From an uncultured Clostridia bacterium (GTDB lineage: Bacteria > Bacillota > Clostridia > Oscillospirales > JAAYOS01), in assembly GCA_947585215.1 (NCBI GenBank), contig CANPWY010000019.1, positions 1 to 20,249 on the forward strand: 20,249 nucleotides of DNA. The letters run 5' to 3'. Positions within the stretch are counted from its first letter, which is position 1. Every line of letters starts with the position of its first letter. Positions 12,294 to 20,249 of the stretch are shown here, piece by piece. The translations under genes and the position numbers were made by a program. Below the pieces are notes generated by a model that was not told where the DNA came from, did no database searches, and was given only the letters and a program-made list of their open reading frames with translations.

Positions 12294-14936
12294 ATGAAAT
12301 ATGAATTTCTCGACAGAAACGGAACATTTCGCCTGAATGACCCGCAGCGGACGAGCTATCTCTACTTCCCGCTCGCGGGTGAACAGGGACTCCTCAGCTC
12401 GATAACGCCGACGCTCGGGGGAGACTCCAAGACGGGGCAGAACTCCTTCCTGCTCGCGCCGGTGTCGGCGGAGAACCTGCATAACGACCGTTCGGAGCGG
12501 AACTTCTGGATATTCTCCGAGCGCTTCGGCGCATGGAGCGCGGCGGGAGCATCCGCCGTACAGCGCGCAGAGGGGAGCGACGAAGTGACGCTCGAGGCGG
12601 GCTTCCTCTGGCATAAGGTGACGCGCACGAACGCCGCGCGCGGCATCCGTGCCGAGGCTGTGACGTTCATCCCGCCGGAGGGGGAGGCCGTCGAGCTCAC
12701 GCGCTTCACCGTAACGAACACCGGTGCGGAGCCGCTTGAGTTCGTCCCGTACATGGCGTATCCCATCTACGGGCGCTCGGCGGACAACTACCGCGACCAC
12801 CGCAACGTCACGTCGCTCCTGCACAGGGCGGAGGTCACCGAACTCGGCGTCCTCACCCGTCCGACGCTCACCTTCGACGAGCGCGGCCACAAGCCGAACC
12901 GCATAGCCTACGGAGCCTTCGCCGCCCGTGAGGACGGCGCGAAGCCCGTCGCCTTCGAGGCGGCGGTCGAGGACTGGATAGGCGAGGGCGGCGACTTCGA
13001 GCGTCCCGAGAGCGTCGGCAAAAGGCTGTCTCTCCGTCCGGGCGACCGCGTGGACGGCTTGGAGGTCGTCGCGGCGGCGGAGTTCGCGCCCGAGACGCTT
13101 GCGCCGAGAAAGAGCGTGAGCTACACCGTGGCGCTCGCCGTGGGGGAAGATCTCGGGTTTGTTTCGGAATACCTCGCGCCGGGACGCTTCGACACGGAGC
13201 TCGAACTGTGCAAAAGATATTGGGAGAGAAAACTTGACATCTCGTTTGAGACCGCCTCCTCCGAGCGGGACATGTGGATGCGCTGGGTCTCCTGTCAGCC
13301 GATACTCCGAAGGATGTTCGGCTGCTCTTTCCTGCCGCACCACGACTACGGGCGCGGGGGACGCGGCTGGCGCGATCTCTGGCAGGACTGCCTCGCGCTC
13401 CTCTTCATGGAGCCGGAGGGAGTCCGCGATATGCTCACGGCGAACTTCGGCGGCGTCCGCTTCGACGGCACGAACGCCACGATAATCGGCAACGGACAGG
13501 GAGAGTTCATCGCCGACCGCAACAATATCACCCGCGTCTGGACGGACCACGGCGCGTGGCCGCTTGTCACGACCATGCTCTACATAAATCAGACGGCGGA
13601 CATAGACTTTCTGCTCGAAAAGCAGAGCTACTTCAAGGACCCGCAGGAATACCGCGGGACGCGCACCGACGCGCTCTGGACGCCGGAGTACGGCGAGAGG
13701 CTGAGAACGACGGCAGGCGCGGAGTACCGGGGAACGCTCTTTGAGCACCTGCTCCTGCAGAACCTCACGGCGTTCTACAACGTGGGCGAGCACGGCATAC
13801 TCCGCCTGCTCGGCGCGGACTGGAACGACGGCCTCGACATGGCGGCGGAGCGCGGCGAGAGCGTCGCTTTCCACTGCCTGTACGCAAAGAACCTCCGCGA
13901 CCTCGCGGAGCTTGCGGAGCGCCTCGGCGGAGCGCTCGAAGTGGCCGAGGAGCTGAAGATACTGCTCGAGGGAGAGAACGCGGAGTCGCCCGAGGAGAAG
14001 GCGGAGGTCCTCCGCCGCTTCTGCTCGACGTGCGTGCATGAGATAAGCGGCAGGACCGTCCGCATAGACACAAAGGAGCTCGCAGCCGTGCTCCGCAGGA
14101 TGAGCGAGAGTATGGCGGAGACCGTCCGCCGCGGAGAGACGGTCACGGCGGAGGGCGAGCGCTGGATAAACAGCTACTACGACGGGTCGGGACGGCGCGT
14201 CGAGGGCGCGACGGCGAACGGCGACGTCAGGATGATGCTCACGGGGCAGGTGTTTGCAGTCATGGGCGGTGTCGCGGACGACGCGCTCGCGCGCGACATA
14301 GTGTCGGCGGCGAAGCGCTTCCTCTTTGACGCGGACGTCGGCGGCTACAGGCTCAACACCGACTTCCGCGAGGTCAAGACCGACCTCGGGCGGCTCTTCG
14401 GCTTTGCCTACGGTCACAAGGAGAACGGCGCGGTGTTCTGCCACATGGCGGTGATGTTTGCGTACGCGCTCTACACCCGCGGCATGAGCACGGAGGCGGA
14501 GGAGACGCTGGACGCGCTCTACCGTCTCGCCTTTAACTTTGAAAAGAGCCGGATATACCCCGGCATACCGGAGTACTTCGACCCGAGTGGGCGCGGAATG
14601 TACCACTACCTCACCGGCTCCGCGAGCTGGCTCATGATGACCGAGCTCACTCAGCGCTTCGGCGTGCGCGGAGAGTACGGCGACCTTCGCCTTGCACCTC
14701 AGCTTCCCGAGGACGCGTTCCGCGACGGAGAGGCGTCCGTCACGGCGCCGTTTGCGGGAAGGACATTAAAGGTCGTCTACCGCGCGCCGGACGTGAAGAA
14801 GCGCGGCGCGGTAGAGCCTCTCGAAATAGACGGAGTTCCGTTTGCGACGGAAGGAGACGGCGCGCTGATTCCGAGAAGCGTCATATCGGCGCTTTCGGAG
14901 AGCGAGCCGCACACGATAACCGTCACGCTCGGGTGA
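12294..14936 (+). CDS. GH94-clan-like (alpha/alpha)6 glycoside phosphorylase, paralogue A, 880 aa
   Basis: ATG at 12294 with GGGGGGAA upstream. The GH94-type motifs occur in order: GWR360-DLWQD, GA-D509-WNDGLD and KE710-NGAVFCH717. The N-terminus (MKYEFLDRNGTFRLNDP...LYFPL) is not the canonical cellobiose phosphorylase N-terminus as I remember it. Confidence 0.75.
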   Translation: MKYEFLDRNGTFRLNDPQRTSYLYFPLAGEQGLLSSITPTLGGDSKTGQNSFLLAPVSAENLHNDRSERNFWIFSERFGAWSAAGASAVQRAEGSDEVTLEAGFLWHKVTRTNAARGIRAEAVTFIPPEGEAVELTRFTVTNTGAEPLEFVPYMAYPIYGRSADNYRDHRNVTSLLHRAEVTELGVLTRPTLTFDERGHKPNRIAYGAFAAREDGAKPVAFEAAVEDWIGEGGDFERPESVGKRLSLRPGDRVDGLEVVAAAEFAPETLAPRKSVSYTVALAVGEDLGFVSEYLAPGRFDTELELCKRYWERKLDISFETASSERDMWMRWVSCQPILRRMFGCSFLPHHDYGRGGRGWRDLWQDCLALLFMEPEGVRDMLTANFGGVRFDGTNATIIGNGQGEFIADRNNITRVWTDHGAWPLVTTMLYINQTADIDFLLEKQSYFKDPQEYRGTRTDALWTPEYGERLRTTAGAEYRGTLFEHLLLQNLTAFYNVGEHGILRLLGADWNDGLDMAAERGESVAFHCLYAKNLRDLAELAERLGGALEVAEELKILLEGENAESPEEKAEVLRRFCSTCVHEISGRTVRIDTKELAAVLRRMSESMAETVRRGETVTAEGERWINSYYDGSGRRVEGATANGDVRMMLTGQVFAVMGGVADDALARDIVSAAKRFLFDADVGGYRLNTDFREVKTDLGRLFGFAYGHKENGAVFCHMAVMFAYALYTRGMSTEAEETLDALYRLAFNFEKSRIYPGIPEYFDPSGRGMYHYLTGSASWLMMTELTQRFGVRGEYGDLRLAPQLPEDAFRDGEASVTAPFAGRTLKVVYRAPDVKKRGAVEPLEIDGVPFATEGDGALIPRSVISALSESEPHTITVTLG

Positions 14937-14987
14937 CGGCAGGAAAAATACGGCGGGAAGCCGCCTCACAGAGAAAGGATGGGCGCT

Positions 14988-17900
14988 ATGTTTGACAGGA
15001 ACGGACGGTTCGTTATCGACAATTTCCACAAGGGGAGCGCGTTTGCAAGCTTCCTGCCCGGCGTTGCGGGCGAGAAGGGCATTCCAGTCTGGTGCTTCTA
15101 TGTGAACAGGGGACAGGCGGTGTGCTCGTTCGGCTCGGGGGACAAGGAGCACCCGATAATGGAGTTCAGCCCCGCGCACGTCGCGTATCAGGAGGTGTCG
15201 AACAAGGGCTTCCGCACCTTCGTGAAGGCGAACGGCGAGTATCTCGAGCCGTTCCGCCCGACCGACGGTGAGAACGCCTCGATGCACATCGGCATGAACG
15301 AGCTTCTGCTTGAGGAGCCGTTCCCGGAGAAGGGGCTTCGCTTCCGCGTCCGCTACTTCACGCTGCCGGAGGAGCCGGTCGGAGCGCTGATGCGCGAGGT
15401 GATAATAGAGAACACCGGCGCGGGCGACGTCTCGCTCGAAGTCCTCGACGGTATGCCGGCCTTCATCACCTACGGCACGAGCTCGAACATCATGAAGGTC
15501 ATGACCCAGACGCACAAGGCATGGATGCAGGTCGAGGATGTGGAGACGCGCCTGCCGTACTACCGCCTCCGCGCCTCGAGCGAGGACACGACCGAGATAG
15601 TCGAGATAAAGGAGGGCCACTTCGCCTTCGGCTTCACGCCAGAGGGGGAGCTGCTTCCCGTAATAGCGGACCCGACGCTCATATTCGGCTACAACCTCGC
15701 TTTGAGCGAGGCGACCGGCTTCCGCGAGAACGGCTTTGACAAACTGCTCGAAAGCCCGCAGATGACCTCGAACAACGTCCCGACGGCGTTCTTTGCCGCG
15801 TCGAAGACGCTCGCGCCGGGGGATTCCCTCGTCCTGCGGGAGGCGTTCGGCATGGCCGGGTCAAAGGAGATACTGCACGCGACGGCGGATCGCCTCCGCG
15901 CGCCCGGAGTGTTTGACGCGAAGCACCGCCGCTCTGTCGAGCTCACCGACAGCCTCACCGACATGATAGCGACCCGCACCGCCGACCCGGTCTTTGACGC
16001 GTACTGCCGCCAGAGCTGTCTTGACAACATCCTGCGCGGAGGCTACCCGCTCCTGCTCGGCGGAAAGGTGTTCTACGTCTACTCGCGAAAACACGGCGAC
16101 ATAGAGCGCGACTACAACTTCTTCCTGATGCTCGCCGAATACTACTCGCAGGGCAACGCGAACTACCGCGACGTCAACCAGAACCGCCGCAGCGACCCGC
16201 TGTTCGCGCCCTACGTCGGCGACTACAACATTAAGCTCTTTATGGACCTCATACAGCTTGACGGCTTCAACCCGCTCGTGATAGAGCGCGCCACGTTCGC
16301 GCTTCCCGAGGACTCGCTCGACCGCGCCGTGCAGCTCGCGGGCGGCGGCGAGGACGCGCGAAAACTGCTCTCCGGTCACTTCACGCCGGGAGCGCTCGCG
16401 GCGCTCCTCGAGCGGAACGGGAAAAGCGAAGCGTTTGAGGAGATACTCTCGCTTGCGGAGGGCGACATAAACGCCACCTTCGGCGAGGGCTACTGGATAG
16501 ATCACTGGACCTACAACCTCGACCTCATAGAGAGCCTGCTCGCGGTGTTCCCGGAGCGCGAGGAGGAGCTTCTGTTTGATGACAACACTTACAGGTACTA
16601 CGAGAGCCGCGCGGCGGTGAGTCCGCGCGCGAAGCGCTACACGCTCACGCCGAAGGGCGTCCGCCAGTACGGCGGCGTGGAGGAGCGAAAGACCGAGCGC
16701 GAGTGGGCCGGCGTCGCGCACGGCAAGGGCGCGGACTACCGCACGAACCTCATCTCGAAGCTCATAGTGCTTGCCATGAACAAGACGGCGGCGCTCGACC
16801 CGCTCGGTATGGGCGTCGAGATGGAGGCGGGCAAGCCCGGCTGGTACGACGCGCTGAACGGTCTTCCGGGACTCTTCGGCGCCTCCATGGCGGAGAGCTG
16901 TGAGCTCGTCCGGCTGATAGACTACGTAGAGTCGGCGCTCCGCCGCCACAAGAGAGACGTCCGCATACCGCGTGAGTGCGCGGACTACATCGCGGGTCTC
17001 ACGGCGGCGCAGGATGCGCTCGCCGGCGGCCGCCTGACGCGCTTCGACTACTGGATGAAGGTCGGCGACCTCAAGGAGGCCTACCGCGAGAGAATAAACG
17101 ACGGCATAGACGGCGAGGAGGTCACTCTGAGCGCCGCCGCCGCGGCGGAGCTGCTCGCGGGCTGGAAGAAGCTCGTCTCGGACGGCGTCGAGCGCGCCCG
17201 CGCGTACAGCGCGGACGGCGTGCCGCCCTGCTACTTCACCTACGAGGTGACCGACTACGACATGGTGGACGGACACATCGTCCCGAAGGCCGTCCGCGAG
17301 AGCGCGCTTCCGACCTTCCTCGAGGGCGCGGTGCGCTACATGAAGATGCCGGGGGCGGAGCTCGCGCCCGCCGAGCTGCACGAAAAGGTCCGTGCGAGCG
17401 GACTCTACGACGAAGCGCTCGGGATGTACAAGGTCAACACGTCGCTTGCGTCGAGCTCCTACGAGCTCGGACGGTGCCGCGCGTTCACCCCCGGATGGCT
17501 TGAAAACGAGTCGATATGGCTCCACATGGAGTACAAGTATCTGCTCGGACTGCTCCGCGCGGGACTTTACCGGGAGTTCTTCTCGGAGTTCCACAAGGCG
17601 GGGATACCGTTCCTCTCGCCGGAGAAGTACGGACGCAGTCCGCTCGAGAACTCGAGCTTCATCGCGTCCTCCGCGAATCCGGACCCGTCGATACGCGGCA
17701 AGGGCTTTGTCGCGCGTCTCTCCGGCTCGACGGCGGAGTTCATGCAGATATGGCAGACGATGATGTTCGGCGAGCATCCGTTCACGCTCGAGGGAGAGAC
17801 GCTTGTGTTCCGTCCGCTTCCCGCGATACCCGGCTACCTCGCGGACGAAAAGGGCGTGGACTGCACGCTCCTCGGCGGCACGGAGGTCCACTATGCCGCG

Positions 17901-18059
17901 AGCGGCGAGCTCATACCCGGAGAGTACGGCGTGAGCTCCATCCGCGTCGAGTGGAAGAACGGCGGGGCGGACGTCTTCGAGGGCGGCGAGGTCTGCGCCT
18001 CGCCCGCGGAGCGCATACGCGCGGGCGAGGCGCGCCGCGTGGAGGTCTGCTTCGGGTAA
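14988..18059 (+). CDS. Large GH94-clan-related protein, divergent paralogue B, 1023 aa
   Basis: I prefer the ATG at 14988 (MFDRNG...), which has AAAGGA 8 nt upstream. The track start at 14979 directly abuts the SD. There are no signal-peptide-like features. Motifs in the same order as in A are NYR394-DVNQN, KPGWY-D621-ALNGL and E839-NESIWLH846. Confidence 0.7.
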   Translation: MFDRNGRFVIDNFHKGSAFASFLPGVAGEKGIPVWCFYVNRGQAVCSFGSGDKEHPIMEFSPAHVAYQEVSNKGFRTFVKANGEYLEPFRPTDGENASMHIGMNELLLEEPFPEKGLRFRVRYFTLPEEPVGALMREVIIENTGAGDVSLEVLDGMPAFITYGTSSNIMKVMTQTHKAWMQVEDVETRLPYYRLRASSEDTTEIVEIKEGHFAFGFTPEGELLPVIADPTLIFGYNLALSEATGFRENGFDKLLESPQMTSNNVPTAFFAASKTLAPGDSLVLREAFGMAGSKEILHATADRLRAPGVFDAKHRRSVELTDSLTDMIATRTADPVFDAYCRQSCLDNILRGGYPLLLGGKVFYVYSRKHGDIERDYNFFLMLAEYYSQGNANYRDVNQNRRSDPLFAPYVGDYNIKLFMDLIQLDGFNPLVIERATFALPEDSLDRAVQLAGGGEDARKLLSGHFTPGALAALLERNGKSEAFEEILSLAEGDINATFGEGYWIDHWTYNLDLIESLLAVFPEREEELLFDDNTYRYYESRAAVSPRAKRYTLTPKGVRQYGGVEERKTEREWAGVAHGKGADYRTNLISKLIVLAMNKTAALDPLGMGVEMEAGKPGWYDALNGLPGLFGASMAESCELVRLIDYVESALRRHKRDVRIPRECADYIAGLTAAQDALAGGRLTRFDYWMKVGDLKEAYRERINDGIDGEEVTLSAAAAAELLAGWKKLVSDGVERARAYSADGVPPCYFTYEVTDYDMVDGHIVPKAVRESALPTFLEGAVRYMKMPGAELAPAELHEKVRASGLYDEALGMYKVNTSLASSSYELGRCRAFTPGWLENESIWLHMEYKYLLGLLRAGLYREFFSEFHKAGIPFLSPEKYGRSPLENSSFIASSANPDPSIRGKGFVARLSGSTAEFMQIWQTMMFGEHPFTLEGETLVFRPLPAIPGYLADEKGVDCTLLGGTEVHYAASGELIPGEYGVSSIRVEWKNGGADVFEGGEVCASPAERIRAGEARRVEVCFG

Positions 18060-18087
18060 ATACGCAAAACACTGGTCGGAGGATACT

Positions 18088-19557
18088 ATGCCCGAAAAGC
18101 TGTTAAAAGCCATATTGCCGGTATTTCTGGCGCTTATACTGCTCGCCGGCGGATGCGGCGGCTCGTCCGAGCCGTCCGCTTCGCCGCCGCCGCACCGGGT
18201 CGAGAGCATACGCCTCGACGATCCCACACCGGTCCCTGCCGGCGGCGACGATGCGGCGGAGGTGTACGACACGCTCGACGACGCCGCGCGCCTCGCCGAC
18301 TATTGCAGGTGGTACGTGGACCCGCTTCTCACGATACACAGCGGATGGCGCGCGGCGGAGGACATCGGCGCGGAGGAATTCGGACAGTTCTACGTCATGC
18401 TCGGAGACGAGCGGCGCGGCTACTTGATAGACCAGTACCTCAGCGAGAGCGAGGACGCCTACCGTGTGCCCGGCGACATGTTCTGCGCCACGCTCCGTCA
18501 GTACTTCGAGGTCGACGTCGACTACCTCAAGAGCTTCCCGCTGTACGACAGCGAGGAGGACACGTTCGTCCTGCCGGCGGAGATGTACGTCGGCTTTGCG
18601 GCGGAGGTGTACAGGGCGGAGGAGTCGGAAACCGAGCTTCGCCTGCGCTACATACTGTACGCGGCAAATCAGAGCGCCGCGTACTTTGAAAACACCGGAA
18701 GCCTCTACGAGTTGCTTATGAAGAAGGACGAGACCGGCGCGCGCTGGATCTCGTCCGTGCCCGTCACCGACGACGGGACGATACCCGCGCCGCAGAACGG
18801 CTCCCTCTATCTGAACACCGAGATAACAAGCTTCTACACGCGGCGGGGAATGACCGTGGACGACAGCCGCGATGTCGGGAACCTCCGCCTCGTCAGTTAC
18901 TCCGGCGCGTGGAGCGGGCTTGAGCTCTTTGACCGCACGACCGGCGTTGCCACGCCTGTCGCGTACACGTCGGTGGGGGAGAACGGAAGACCCGTCCTCC
19001 TGTCGCCCCCGTTCGGAGACTTTGAGGCGGCACAGCTCACCGCCTTTGAACTGCGCGAGGGCGGCGAGGTCTGGATGCAGGTGCGCGGTATCACTGATGG
19101 GGACGGCGAGGTTCTGCCGCCGCAGATATACGTCTGGTCGAACGGGACGTACAGGTCGGAGGAGTACTGTGTCCCGCTGGGCGTCTCCACAAGCTTCGGA
19201 GGAAGCTCGCGCGGAACGCTCTACGACCTCGTCACGGGTGAGGACTCGGCGGCATTCGTCTTTGACACAGGCGGGACTGCGCCGCAGATACGCTCGGTGA
19301 GCGGAAGCGGCAGTGTCACGCTCTACTTCTCGAACGTTACCCTTGCGGAGGAGGAACCGGCGTTTCTCGGCGCTTCGACCGGGCTCTATACGGTGACGAC
19401 GGTGCGCCAGAGCGGAACGGATACGAGCGTCACCTTCTCGATAGCGCCGGAGGTGAAGCGCTACCGCATAGTCGCGCACGAGCCGCTTGCGGGCCGGCTG
19501 CCTTATTACGAGCTGGACTTCATCACGTCCGAGATGGACTACCCGAGCGGCTGGTGA
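18088..19557 (+). CDS. Putative lipoprotein of unknown function, 489 aa, last gene of the glycan operon
   Basis: GGAGGA at 18078-18083 precedes the ATG at 18088. The signal peptide has a lipobox-like LAGG-C (LPVFLALILLAGGCGGSS). A Pro/Ser linker follows. I recognise no domain. Confidence 0.7.
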   Translation: MPEKLLKAILPVFLALILLAGGCGGSSEPSASPPPHRVESIRLDDPTPVPAGGDDAAEVYDTLDDAARLADYCRWYVDPLLTIHSGWRAAEDIGAEEFGQFYVMLGDERRGYLIDQYLSESEDAYRVPGDMFCATLRQYFEVDVDYLKSFPLYDSEEDTFVLPAEMYVGFAAEVYRAEESETELRLRYILYAANQSAAYFENTGSLYELLMKKDETGARWISSVPVTDDGTIPAPQNGSLYLNTEITSFYTRRGMTVDDSRDVGNLRLVSYSGAWSGLELFDRTTGVATPVAYTSVGENGRPVLLSPPFGDFEAAQLTAFELREGGEVWMQVRGITDGDGEVLPPQIYVWSNGTYRSEEYCVPLGVSTSFGGSSRGTLYDLVTGEDSAAFVFDTGGTAPQIRSVSGSGSVTLYFSNVTLAEEEPAFLGASTGLYTVTTVRQSGTDTSVTFSIAPEVKRYRIVAHEPLAGRLPYYELDFITSEMDYPSGW

Positions 19558-19593
19558 CGCAGTGAGGCAAAAAATCAAAACGGAGACAAAACT

Positions 19594-19622
19594 GCCCCCG
19601 GACGGATATTCCGTCCGGGGGC
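19594..19622. terminator. Bidirectional intrinsic terminator (glycan operon on +, V-ATPase operon on -)
   Basis: Perfect 13-bp arms GCCCCCGGACGGA / TCCGTCCGGGGGC. GTTGTTTTA follows on the plus strand. A T-rich run follows on the minus strand (revcomp of caaaaaatcaaaacggagacaaaact). Confidence 0.8.
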
Positions 19623-19637
19623 GTTGTTTTATTGGAG

Positions 19638-20249
19638 CTATCTTGAGCTTTCGTTTCTCGTCTTTATCAGCTTCAAGCGGGAGAACTCCTCGCGCTCCTT
19701 CTCCTCAAGCTCCTCAGAGATGTACTTTATCTCGGAGGTGAGGTTGGGGATTATGATGTTCTTTAATGCGTTCGCGCGCTTCTGCGTCCGCTTTATGGCG
19801 TAGGCGAGGCGGTAGATGGTGTTCTCTACCTCCGCGAGCTCCTTTGTGAGGCGCTTGACCTCGTGGAAGCGGACGAACGCCTCGTCGAGCGCGGAACCGG
19901 TGCCGCGCAGTCCGTAGCTCATGCGGACCGGCGCGTCACTGTCCCGGATGGAGGGTATCTCCACGCCCATCACGGAGCGGGTGCGTATCTCTATGGAGCG
20001 GTCTATCGGAACAGACTCCGCAAACGGGTCGATCCGTCCGAAGGCGATGTTTGCCGCCTGGAGCGCCTTGTACGCGGAGGAGAAGCAGCTGTCTATGCGC
20101 GACTGAAGCTCGCCCGCGCGGTCGATAAGCGACATTATCTCGCGTATGAGGATGTTCCGCTTCCTGTCCATGAGGTCGAAGCCGGTGTTCGCAAGCTCGA
20201 GGGAGCGCTTCCGCGCAATGAGGTTGCCTTTGGTGGGAGCTGTCGGCAT
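19638..20249 (-). CDS. ntpD: V-type ATP synthase subunit D
   Basis: 203 aa. MPTAPTKGNLIARKRSLELANTGFDLMDRKRNILIRE... matches the conserved N-terminus of V/A-type subunit D, and the coiled-coil-like C-terminus also fits. The ATG falls exactly on the last three bases of the window, so the upstream context is unseen. Confidence 0.85.
   Translation of the reverse strand: MPTAPTKGNLIARKRSLELANTGFDLMDRKRNILIREIMSLIDRAGELQSRIDSCFSSAYKALQAANIAFGRIDPFAESVPIDRSIEIRTRSVMGVEIPSIRDSDAPVRMSYGLRGTGSALDEAFVRFHEVKRLTKELAEVENTIYRLAYAIKRTQKRANALKNIIIPNLTSEIKYISEELEEKEREEFSRLKLIKTRNESSR

Noticed and set aside
1-20249. Scan for CRISPR repeats, IS/transposase or integrase genes, tRNA/rRNA genes and known defence or toxin-antitoxin gene pairs.
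   Set aside because: No regularly spaced direct repeats are present. No ORF has transposase, integrase or recombinase motifs, and I saw no cloverleaf-like or rRNA-like segments. Apart from the speculative ART-like orphan gene, nothing resembles a defence module.

Overview
GC-rich bacterial chromosomal window. SLH domains, a V-type ATPase, AGGAGG-type ribosome-binding sites and TGn-extended sigma-A-like promoters suggest a Clostridia-like Firmicute (inference). I support 14 protein-coding genes. On the minus strand at the left is a purine/adenine-type phosphoribosyltransferase. On the plus strand follow an RlmI-like rRNA methyltransferase, MntP and a small low-GC VOC/glyoxalase-fold gene, which converges on an uncharacterised 187-aa minus-strand gene. 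After that come a 1210-aa secreted M14 carboxypeptidase with C-terminal SLH repeats, a cold-shock protein, an orphan lipoprotein and TyrS. Next is an apparent four-gene operon: GH5 endoglucanase, two large divergent GH94-clan-like glycoside phosphorylase paralogues and a second orphan lipoprotein. V-type ATPase subunit D lies on the minus strand at the right edge. I found no rRNA, tRNA, CRISPR array, transposase or integrase, and no recognisable defence or toxin-antitoxin module. Most of the window is ordinary housekeeping or carbohydrate-utilisation DNA. Five things deserve a second look: (1) the GH5 / double phosphorylase / lipoprotein operon, whose second paralogue has altered catalytic-site motifs; (2) the 187-aa protein, whose N-terminus shows an H-Y-E (PARP-like) ADP-ribosyltransferase-type motif pattern; (3) an orphan consensus promoter plus terminator unit at 3925-4097, a candidate small RNA; (4) a canonical intrinsic terminator inside the csp leader; (5) the surface-anchored giant M14 peptidase. 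All family assignments come from motif recognition by eye. No database search was run.
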